A stretch of DNA of 63,663 nt, counting the filler, from Octopus bimaculoides (Eukaryota): the NCBI RefSeq assembly GCF_001194135.2. It is 9 parts of 7 records of this genome, joined end to end, with 100 filler letters (N's around TTAATTAATTAA, not from the genome) between each part and the next. Parts side by side here need not be neighbours in the genome. Positions count along the whole stretch, not along the records: positions 48,144 to 55,178 come from NC_068988.1; positions 55,279 to 60,049 come from NC_068998.1; positions 60,150 to 61,930 come from NW_026409198.1; positions 62,031 to 63,663 come from NC_069005.1; 5 more parts are not named here. One strand, given 5' to 3'. The notes beneath the pieces were generated by a model. The model was not told the DNA's origin and did no database searches. It saw nothing but the letters and a program-made list of their open reading frames with translations. The first letter of the stretch is position 1; each line of letters opens with the position of its first letter. This document shows, one piece after another, positions 53,227 to 63,663 of this stretch. Made by a program: the position numbers and the translations under genes.

Positions 53227-54597
53227 CTTAGTCTGTTTTTAAGAGGCCAGCTTTGAGAATTGCATTTCCTCGTATTCGGTAAAAATGTTTTTATTATGGT
53301 AGTCTGACCTTAGAGTCCCTCATAGCGTGAGGCATTCATGTATAGTAATGCCCTTATATAAATAAATATATTTTGGGGGAATAAAATATTTTTCCCTTAT
53401 GAGGTTTTTTCACGCTAGCTAGTTGATAATTCTTTGTAAAAGATTTTATCTTATTTTTGAATTATATATATATATATATTGGAAGGTTTGGAGGTGATGT
53501 ACAGGAATTATATATTAGAAAAAATAATAAGGAACTCAGATATCTGGATGGTTGTACATTTACNNNNNNNNNNNNNNNNNNNNNNNNNNNNNNNNNNNNN
53601 NNNNNNNNNNNNNNNNNNNNNNNNNNNNNNNNNNNNNNNNNNNNNNNNNNNNNNNNNNNNNNNNNNNNNNNNNNNNNNNNNNNNNNNNNNNNNNNNNNNN
53701 NNNNNNNNNNNNNNNNNNNNNNNNNNNNNNNNNNNNNNNNNNNNNNNNNNNNNNNNNNNNNNNNNNNNNNNNNNNNNNNNNNNNNNNNNNNNNNNNNNNN
53801 NNNNNNNNNNNNNNNNNNNNNNNNNNNNNNNNNNNNNNNNNNNNNNNNNNNNNNNNNNNNNNNNNNNNNNNNNNNNNNNNNNNNNNNNNNNNNNNNNNNN
53901 NNNNNNNNNNNNNNNNNNNNNNNNNNNNNNNNNNNNNNNNNNNNNNNNNNNNNNNNNNNNNNNNNNNNNNNNNNNNNNNNNNNNNNNNNNNNNNNNNNNN
54001 NNNNNNNNNNNNNNNNNNNNNNNNNNNNNNNNNNNNNNNNNNNNNNNNNNNNNNNNNNNNNNNNNNNNNNNNNNNNNNNNNNNNNNNNNNNNNNNNNNNN
54101 NNNNNNNNNNNNNNNNNNNNNNNNNNNNNNNNNNNNNNNNNNNNNNNNNNNNNNNNNNNNNNNNNNNNNNNNNNNNNNNNNNNNNNNNNNNNNNNNNNNN
54201 NNNNNNNNNNNNNNNNNNNNNNNNNNNNNNNNNNNNNNNNNNNNNNNNNNNNNNNNNNNNNNNNNNNNNNNNNNNNNNNNNNNNNNNNNNNNNNNNNNNN
54301 NNNNNNNNNNNNNNNNNNNNNNNNNNNNNNNNNNNNNNNNNNNNNNNNNNNNNNNNNNNNNNNNNNNNNNNNNNNNNNNNNNNNNNNNNNNNNNNNNNNN
54401 NNNNNNNNNNNNNNNNNNNNNNNNNNNNNNNNNNNNNNNNNNNNNNNNNNNNNNNNNNNNNNNNNNNNNNNNNNNNNNNNNNNNNNNNNNNNNNNNNNNN
54501 NNNNNNNNNNNNNNNNNNNNNNNNNNNNNNNNNNNNNNNNNNNNNNNNNNNNNNNNNNNNNNNGTAGCACTTGTAGAAGCAGCAGCAGTTTTAGTGA

Positions 54598-54699
<102 letters not shown>

Positions 54700-54920
54700 C
54701 AGCGGCATCAGCAACAGCAGCAACAGTAATAGTGAGGTCGTATAAATACTTCAGTTGCTTGTTTGTACATTCTCACTCCATATATAATTCTTTAAAGCCA
54801 AATTGCACTTAACATGGCAATCTCAGAACTTCCATAGAAATAGTCATCAATACACAACCACCTATTACAATACCACATTGTTCTTTTTATTCTTCTTGTT
54901 TCTGTTCTTGCTGTCGTTGC

Positions 54921-54954
<34 letters not shown>

Positions 54955-55144
54955 GACAATGTTTACATCATGCATTATAATAAGACTTACTTTTGTGTTG
55001 TTTACTTATGTGATTCTTTGCCGTTCAAACAGATTTATGTCCTATTGCGAACGTTAAAAAGAATTTCATGGATACAGGCTCTATATTTCACCGCCTAATC
55101 TATTCTCGAATTGAAGTAAATCTACTCGTACGTATATGAATGCA

Positions 55145-55178
<34 letters not shown>

Positions 55179-55278
55179 NNNNNNNNNNNNNNNNNNNNNN
55201 NNNNNNNNNNNNNNNNNNNNNNTTAATTAATTAANNNNNNNNNNNNNNNNNNNNNNNNNNNNNNNNNNNNNNNNNNNN

Positions 55279-55326
<48 letters not shown>

Positions 55327-55329
<3 letters not shown>

Positions 55330-55540
55330 GGTGACGAGCAGGCAGAATAGTTAGCACGCCGTGCGAAATGCTTAGCGGTATTTCGCATGTCGCTACGTTC
55401 TGAGTTCGAATTCCGTTGAGGTCGACTTTGCCTTTCATCCTTACGGGGTCTATAAATTAAGTACCAGTGAAAACAAAACTGAGGTCGATGTAATCGACAC
55501 ATCCCCTCCCCTAAAATGGCTGCCCTTGTGATAAAATTTG
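55327..55540 (+). mobile_element. Near full-length SINE family A copy (second head fragment at about 55630-55690)
   Basis: AAGGTGACGAGCAGGCAGAATAGTTAGCACGCC (A-box-like), GAGTTCGAATTCC (B-box), GAGGTCGACTTTGCCTTTCATCC. Confidence 0.87.
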
Positions 55541-55930
55541 AAACAATTATTAATACGTATGAGATATAATTTTTTTAATTATAATTAAGGCAGAATCGTT
55601 GTACCTTTAGTAGAAAGGATTATTATTATTAAGGTGGCGAGCTGGCAGAATCGTTAGCATGGCGGGCGAATGCTTAGCGGTATTTCGTCTTTATTAGTAT
55701 TATTTAGTATTAATACTTTATTAGTATTATTTAGTAGCTAATCTTTTAATGTGAAGTATGTTTGCCTGGGCTTTGTTTAGCCCAGAGCTGCCTCTCATGT
55801 AGCAGACCCATCGCATAGTTTTTTTCTTCCTGAAACACTGTAAATCTGTGCCTTTCTTTTAATGAAAGGGTATGTTCTAAGAGAGATTTGGTTGCTATTT
55901 GTAGTAGCTCAAATGACCACGAAGACACCT

Positions 55931-55969
<39 letters not shown>

Positions 55970-57125
55970 CGTGTGCGTGTGTTTTGTTGTGGTGAAAAAA
56001 TACTCTTTCTCAGAATATAGTTTGCAGAATAATTCTTAAAGAAATTTGGACATCTTTCTTACTGNNNNNNNNNNNNNNNNNNNNNNNNNNNNNNNNNNNN
56101 NNNNNNNNNNNNNNNNNNNNNNNNNNNNNNNNNNNNNNNNNNNNNNNNNNNNNNNNNNNNNNNNNNNNNNNNNNNNNNNNNNNNNNNNNNNNNNNNNNNN
56201 NNNNNNCATTATCTTGTGGTTAGTAAACCATTACCTTAATATTGAAGCCATTAAGTCTTTAAACCTTATTTTACTGGGTTTAGTCTTTTGACTGTCGCCA
56301 TGATGGGGTATCACCTTCAAAAATTTAATTGATCATACTGATCTCAGTATGTATTTCAATTGGCATTTATTTTATAGATATCTGCTTGATGAACTGCTAA
56401 CTTTGAGACATAGAGGGACACAATACTCGATTTAACAACAAATGTAATCACACACACACACACACACACATTAGGTGCAAGAATGACTGAGTGGTTGAGA
56501 AGTTTGCTTTTCAGCCACATGGTTCCACGTTCAGTCCCTCTGCATAATACCCTGGGCAAGTGTATTCTACTATAACCGTAGGTCAACCACAGACTTGTGA
56601 CTGAATTTGGTAGACGATATGATAACCTAGTCGATCTTCAGCAGGACAAAGGCATACACTTTACACATATTACGAAAGTAGTTTTAATCTATAATCGACC
56701 TATTCAGGAAGAAAACACAGCTAAAGTCTACAAAGTTGCTATAAATACAGCCATGATCACTCCTGTTCAAACTTTTGCAGATTGGTCAGTGACATACTAT
56801 CTAACATATCAAATTATATACCTGTTCAACACTCTTTCTATGACGATTTGTCATGGCGGCCTCCCATATATATAGCATTACGAAATTATATCGCAAAGAT
56901 TCTGGTTTCTTTTACCAGACCAGAAAATATTTCCTTCCTAATTAAGTGCTGTCCCCTTTCAAACTTAAAGTATTATTGACACATCTGGGATTATTGCTAA
57001 TACTGTATATACTTGCACCCAAGATCACATCCAGGAGTAAATCAAATGACTAATCGACCAAATACTCACTTACCAACCCTATTTGCAACAACAGGCTCGT
57101 TGACGCACAGTTTCTTCTCTATGTA

Positions 57126-57460
57126 GGTGCGTGGCTTAGTGGTTAAGGTATTCGGCTCGCGATCGTAAAGTCGTGAGTTCAATTTCCGGCGACGCGTTAT
57201 GTCCTTGAAGACACTTTATTTCACGTTGCTCCAGTCCACTCGGCTAGCAAAAATGAGTAGTTCTTGTATTTTAAAAGGCTAGCCTTGTCGCACTCTGTGT
57301 CACACTGAACCTCCCTGGAAACTATGTTAAGTGCACGCGTGTCTGTGGAGTGCCCGGTCACTTGCACGTTAATTTCACGAGCAGGCCGTTCTGTTGATCA
57401 GATCAACTGGAACCCTTGTCGTCATAACCGACAGATTGCCAGGAGTATACCTTCTCAATG
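57126..57460 (+). mobile_element. tRNA-derived SINE family C (central domain resembles MetaSINE type)
   Basis: GGTGCGTGGCTTAGTGGTTAAGG, GAGTTCAATTTCC, gtgtccttga..acactttatttcacgttgctccagtccactc. Related head and core at 32611-32870. The MetaSINE label is from recollection. Confidence 0.72.
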
Positions 57461-60006
57461 TATATTTTACTACGTCCACAACAGCTTCTGCTCCTCAGAA
57501 CAACCAAAGCACGTCCATCAAGGTCTACTCGGTGCACACGTCCCTTCTTCAATTGTCATTTCAATTATTGCTCACTACATTTACCGTGCACCAAAATCTC
57601 CGCCATTCTGTATCCCTTGAACTGAAATCTCCTAGCATTCTCTCCTCTCTAATCCGGAAATCCTTATATTTCATGCAGACCTACTAAAGGATGGTCTTAA
57701 CAGCAAATGCATAAATATCACCAATGTAAAGGAGGATGGGAGCATTACAGATCATAGGTGTTTAGTTTCTCTTCTGACTAATCTAGATAAACTTTTAAAT
57801 AAAACTTTTTACATTCTTTGACATTCTGTGCTCAAACTTTCCCAATGTCAACTCATATACTCAACCTTTGTGAGTCAGTCAATAGAATATGCACTGCCCA
57901 TGCCCTAGAATAAATTCAATTGACTAAACAATTCCTATAAAAATGTGTGGATTTGTACCAACATTAGAAATCATTACGATACTGTATACAAATGTTATCC
58001 CTTCAAATGGATACCTACGTAGCACTCAAGGCATAATAATAACTACATTGTGCCCCAGGTATATGAACAATTTTTTTCTTCCTTATTTACGTTACATGCT
58101 ATACGGGAAATCAGTTCATCTTTGAACAATTCCAGTAATATATGAATTTCCCCATGAGATGAGATTACCAAAAAGGGTCTCCGTGAATGGTCCAACACGA
58201 CCAGTAACACTGCGCATTGTTGACAATTCCAGAAAGAGAAGAATTGATTCCAGCACTGGAATGGCACTTTATTTATCGATCTCGAAAGAATGAAAGGCAA
58301 AGTTGATTTTAGTTGGATTTAAACTCAGATAATCAGGATAAACATTGCAAGGCATTCTCTTCAGCTCTCTAAAGACTAATTATCCGCCTTATATAAATAA
58401 TTATTACTCAATTTATTTATTATGAGTATACTTTCTTATATATATCCATGCTCCTTTCTTACATACATGAAAGTATCTTCCCTTATATGGCTTTGATTTA
58501 CTATAATGTGAGTATAAATGCTTGCTGCTGAGACTATCGACGCTATTGATTGTTATTATTATTGCTGTTTAGTTCCATAGTGACCCTAATTGTGCGAACC
58601 TATGATCAAAAGCAATCCGCCCGTAACCATCACGTCTTTGTTTTTCTTTTGCTTGACACATTACAACTATTTCCCAATATGTGCTTTTATTTTTTAAGGT
58701 AGAAGGTCGTGATTTGAGGGACATTTGCCTTGTAATTTTAGTAGGTCAAGAGACTACCCAGAAGGTCTTGTCTCCTATCAGTGTTATTTTTAATACGTGC
58801 CCCGATAATCCGGATATACTGATATCATATCTCGTTATGTATTTTTGAATAAACAGCTCTAGTTCTCCGGTTCACCTAATTTAACAAAACTGTCAACAAT
58901 TTTAATTCTTACATTCTATTTATTTCTGTTTCTGGGGCAGAATCGTTAGAGCGTCGGCTTTGCGATATTCAGTTAAGTCCCTTCACGTTTTAAATTCGTG
59001 TCTCGATGAGATCGCCTTTGCGTTTCATCCTTTCGGTGAAGAAAGGTCAATGAAATAAATCCTTATCAAGTATTCGGGATCAGTATAATCAAATAGCCTT
59101 CGTTGGCATTGCAATTATTTCAGAAATCTACTCATTAATTTACTCATTAATTCCAGTCTAATACATTTCCTTGATCCGTGTAAAAGAAAATTAATCTTAG
59201 TCAGTTTCGAGCAACTGAATTACCTGCTGAGTACTTGTAGCCCTAAAATAATTCCTGGATATAATCAGCGTCACACCTGTAACAAGTATATACTTTAAAT
59301 TACAGGTACAATCCATTCTGAGGGATTCCGCACAATTTTTGTTTACCTAATTTCACTCAAAAGAAATAGGTGGATAAGATGCCACGCAGTGGGGTCGAAA
59401 CCGAAACCATGTAGTTAAGGCGTGAGCTTCTTAGCCGTTCGGCCTTGCTATGTGTATGCCTTGTACTAGAAAATATACTTAGCATTTATTGGGGAGCGAC
59501 AAGGCTAAGCAGTGATGTGTATAAATGCAAACTTGTTACGAGTTCAAATATACTTCAGGCACATTTGAACTCGTAACTTGTAGCTAAAATTCATTGTTTG
59601 CGATTAGTTTCAAGATACCAACAAAGTCGCGATATTTCATTTTATGCTTCCTCCCTTTATCTAGCTCTTTACACGATACTTATCTTTACGGTTCTTAGAA
59701 GTTTCGAAGGTATGCATATATTACAAAAAAATGGGGAAACCATCATTCTGAAAGCTTCTTCAACCTATTTATGAGAATGATTTTATTTTGACTTATCCAT
59801 AACTTTCCCAATCAACATTCATTCTCTGTTATCCTTATAATCAACCTTTAAACATTTTGCTATTCAGGTTGAAGTAAATAGAATATTTGTATGTTGCTTC
59901 CTGTAATCTTAGAATACTAATTTAACTATCGGCAATTAGACCTTAAAGCATCTTGTCTTATTCTTTTCTGCTTTATTACTAATATGTCCTGATTCTCTCC
60001 CTTTCT

Positions 60007-60049
<43 letters not shown>

Positions 60050-60649
60050 NNNNNNNNNNNNNNNNNNNNNNNNNNNNNNNNNNNNNNNNNNNNTTAATTA
60101 ATTAANNNNNNNNNNNNNNNNNNNNNNNNNNNNNNNNNNNNNNNNNNNNTATATATATATATATATATATATATGAATATATAGAAACTTTGATCATGGA
60201 ACAAACATCAAATTCGTGTCAACGACTTTACATATTACTCCAGACCTCAAACATTCAATCATATATAAATATTACCATGGTTCTTTGACATATAAAAAAT
60301 ATACATATACATTAAAAACACACAAGGTAAAAATATATATGCGAATAAAATACAAATATATAACGGCCTCTCAAAAAGGTAAATATAAATGACTATAAAT
60401 TCTTGAAAATCGTAAAGCATGTCATGCTACCAAAATACTAATAGATTAAGATAAAATAAAATATCAAATGACTAAAAATATTTTTTAAAGTTTTTTACTC
60501 CCCTCACACAAAAGTACGCCCAAAAAGTTCAATTTTTAAAACCATGGTAGGTTAGAGTCCAGGAGCAAATAGAGTTCTTCAAGGTCAATTCAAACACATC
60601 TATGGCCATTTCGGAAGCTCACTACCGCGGTTCGATTACATTGAAGTGC

Positions 60650-61930
60650 ATTACAGCAATAGCCCCTTCATCAGGATGAACAGAAAACAGGAAGCACGCA
60701 CACAGCAAGACTAAAAAGTTCATACAACGCTGCATAGCTAATTTTAAAGATAAACCCATCAGCGCACCAGTCCAAATTTTCTAACACAAAAAAAAAGTTT
60801 TGAATCTGTTTAATTTTAGAGCGTTGTGGTACACTGGTGTATATTGATTGAAAATCTCTACATTTACGGAAAAGTTAGAGATTCTGATCGAGATAGCGGT
60901 AACAATGCTATCAATAGTGGATTTCGGATGATTGGAGGATACATTGATATATGAGATGGATTTGTTTGGCTTACGAAATGGATAGTATAAATCTGTATTC
61001 AAACTCGAGGTAACATCCAGGAAGTTCACAACTCTGGAGTTAACATCAAAAATAATGTTAAGATTAAAGAAATCCTTTAAGAAACCTCTCATGTATTTCC
61101 TCAATCTATACAATGCAGTTTCAGACTGGCTACGTACAGCTAGAAGTGCATCATCCCTAAATACAACTCCTTAGTGAGGAGGGGAAAACTATCCTTAATC
61201 TGCGAAAGGAGCTATAGGCCCACTAAGTCGGTCACCTGTGCCGAAACAGATGACGCCATAGTAATATCAAAGAAATTGATGGAATCAGCCCTCTGCCAGT
61301 CACACTCATTGTAGGAGATGAGGGTCTCCCTTGCCGTGAAAATTACATCAATATCTGAACTAGGTATATTTGCAAATTTGCGGGTGAAAATCAAAGCTTT
61401 ATTTAGCAATACAGGAGATATGGAATTATAATAATTCGATATGTCAAATTGTATAAAATCTAAATTAGGCTTATCCATAAGGGAGTCAAACCATAGGAAA
61501 ACGTCCCCAGTAAATTTCCATAAGGGAAGCTGAACCTCATCCCTCACAATAATCCAATCGATAATATATTTACTGATTCTACCCAAATCAGATTTAGTTA
61601 GGCAGATCAACCTAATCAAAAGATTTGATTAAAAAAACAGACTTATGATCCTTCAAGAGGTCATGGAGAGTTTTTGGAGCATAAGGGCGGGTTCTATCAA
61701 GCAGGCTCAAACTAGAGATAATTTCTAAATGAGTGTCATTAATCTCATCCACAGCATTTTTGTTTGCGTGTTTATAACCAGATTTAAGCTCCTTCAAGAT
61801 CAAGTCATCATAAAGACTCGGTGGCACAGAATAAATGTTCCTGGTCTTATTTGACAGGACGTGCAAATCAGGAGATGATTTCATTGCAGAAATTTTCTCA
61901 GAAAGGAGCTTATGAAAAGGATTTGTGTAT
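60650..61930 (-). mobile_element. Decayed Penelope-like element reverse transcriptase
   Basis: Minus-strand blocks KTRNIY, LKDHK, KSDLGRISK, FIQFDISNYYNSIS, FDITMAS, DLVGL, catalytic FRDD (61150-61161) and NFLDVT...YPFRKPN...SNHP fit the Penelope-type RT palm and thumb. Frameshifted; no intact GIY-YIG seen. Confidence 0.88.
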
Positions 61931-62338
61931 NNNNNNNNNNNNNNNNNNNNNNNNNNNNNNNNNNNNNNNNNNNNTTAATTAATTAANNNNNNNNNNNNNN
62001 NNNNNNNNNNNNNNNNNNNNNNNNNNNNNNTCCAGGCCTTTGTGCCTATAGTAGTTGGTGTATCAAGGTAGACAGATCTATAAATAACATGCTGTTATTT
62101 ATAGACATGTCTACTTTGATACTCCAACTACTAACAAAAAAACAAAAAATCAAAAAACAAAACAAAAAACACACAATTAGGCACAGATGTGGCTGTGTGG
62201 TAAGAAGCTCGCTTCCCAACAGCATGGTCCTGGGTTCAATCCTACTGCATTGCACCTTGGGCAAGCCTCTGCTACTCTAACCTCGGGTCAACCAGAACTT
62301 TGTGAGTGGATTTGATAGACAGAAACTGAAAGAAGGCT

Positions 62339-62560
62339 GTGAGCCTGGCAGAATCGTTAGCACGCCAGGCGAAATGCTTAGTGTTATTTCGTCTGCCGCT
62401 ATGTTCTGAGTTCAAATTCCATCAAGGACGACTTTGCCTTTCATCCTTTCGGGGGGTTGATAAATTAAGTACCAGTTGCGTACTGAGGTCGATCTACTCA
62501 ACTGCCCCCCCCCTTCCCTCCAAATTTCAGGCCTTGTGCCTAGAGTAGAAGAGAATATTA
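62339..62560 (+). mobile_element. SINE family A copy fused downstream of a family B head
   Basis: CTGGCAGAATCGTTAGCACGCC...GAGTTCAAATTCC...AAATTTCAGGCCTTGTGCCTAGAGTAGAAG. Confidence 0.85.
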
Positions 62561-62858
62561 TTAGGAATTGCATAAAAGAAGCTATCTACTACTTCGAATT
62601 ATTCCCCTGAGCATTTTTAGTGCTTATTGTACCCGCACAGTGGCCACACACAAAGAATATTCTCTCTATTAATCTTCTTATATATATAAGTTTTAAACTT
62701 TTACCATTGATAAACAAAAAATATTGTTGAAACTAGTTTGGTATATATGTAAATAAATGTATTTTAAACATTTATGAGTTTTTGAAATTTAGGTGCATTT
62801 TCAACAACACATTTTCCTTCGTGTGTGTATGTGTGTGTGTGTGTATGTCGATATATAC

Positions 62859-62893
<35 letters not shown>

Positions 62894-62993
62894 NNNNNNN
62901 NNNNNNNNNNNNNNNNNNNNNNNNNNNNNNNNNNNNNNNNNNNNNNNNNNNNNNNNNNNNNNNNNNNNNNNNNNNNNNNNNNNNNNNNNNNNN

Positions 62994-63094
62994 TTCCCAA
63001 GCGGTCACCCATCTAAGTACTCACTAGGCTCGACGTTGCTTAATTTCGGTGATCGGACGAGAACCTGTGCTCTCAACGTGATATGGCCGTATAA
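62994..63094 (-). rRNA. 5S rRNA-derived sequence (probable pseudogene or SINE3 head); 3' end lost in gap
   Basis: Minus strand ACGGCCATATCACGTTGAGAGCACAGGTTCTCGTCCGATCACCGAAATTAAGCAACGTCGAGCCTAGTGAGTACTTAGATGGGTGACCGCTTGGGAA is colinear with about positions 5-101 of molluscan 5S rRNA as I recall it, with several substitutions including in the C-box region. Confidence 0.88.
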
Positions 63095-63105
63095 ATGTAT
63101 ACACA

Positions 63106-63290
63106 CATCATCATCATCATCATTTAACATCCGTTGTCTATGCTGGCATGGGCTGGATGGTTTGACCAGGACTGGTGGGCTGAGGTCCTACACCAGACTC
63201 CAATCTGGTTTGTCATGGTTTCTAAGGCTGTGTGCCCCTCCTAACGCCAACCACTCCGAGAGTGTAATAGGTGCTTTTACGTATCACGTG
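63106..63290 (-). mobile_element. RTE 3' UTR fragment with (GAT)n tail
   Basis: catcatcatcatcatcatttaacatccgttgtctatgctggcatggg...cctaacgccaaccactccgagagtgta; same family as the 36854 and 42093 copies. Confidence 0.85.
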
Positions 63291-63351
63291 ATATTGATAG
63301 GCCATAAAAATGGCAAAGCACCGGTGTCCATCACTGCCAAATGAGATTAAA

Positions 63352-63663
63352 ACTGAGTTACCTCGCCCAGTACGCAACTGATACTTAATTTATCGACCCC
63401 GAAAGGATGAAAGGCAAAGTCGACCTCGGCGGAATTTGAACACAGAACGTAGCGGCAGATGAAATACAGCTCAGCATTTCACCCAGCGTGCTAATGTTTC
63501 TTTTTTTTTTCTTTTTTCTTTATTGCCCACAAGGGGCTAAACATAGAGGGGACAAACAAGGACAGACAAATGGATTAAGTCGAGTACATCGACCCCAGTG
63601 CGAAACTAGTACTTAATTTATCGACCCCGAAAGGATGAAAGGTAAAGTCGACCTCGGTGGAAC
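63352..63663 (-). mobile_element. Two adjacent SINE family A copies
   Basis: acttaatttatcgaccccgaaaggatgaaagg(c/t)aaagtcgacctcgg occurs at about 63384 and about 63611; the second copy runs off the window end. Confidence 0.88.

Noticed and set aside
57126-57195. tRNA gene candidates here and at 31327, 32611 and 55327
   Set aside because: A and B boxes are present but the sequence continues into shared SINE bodies and lacks a proper cloverleaf.

Overview
AT-rich, microsatellite-dense eukaryotic DNA whose SINE, RTE and Penelope repeat content matches coleoid cephalopod (Octopus-like) genomes; the species is inferred. The window is a mosaic of 9 assembly pieces joined by eight identical 100-bp spacers (44 N + TTAATTAATTAA + 44 N), with many further N gaps inside simple repeats. 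The only host gene I can support is TRAF7: four consecutive minus-strand WD40 exons (44254-44309, 39691-39759, 38365-38487, 35235-35351), all in the 34654-48043 piece. The rest is decayed mobile DNA: RTE, CR1/Jockey-like and Penelope-like retroelements, three Tc1/mariner lineages, three tRNA-derived SINE families and a 5S rRNA-derived copy. The most interesting signals are an intact-core type I hammerhead ribozyme whose 3' half is mirrored by a 92-bp inverted repeat, a second minimal hammerhead-like repeat, a CpG-eroded domain coinciding with the TRAF7 gene body, and a template-switch inversion in a young RTE. I found no convincing new multi-gene system.
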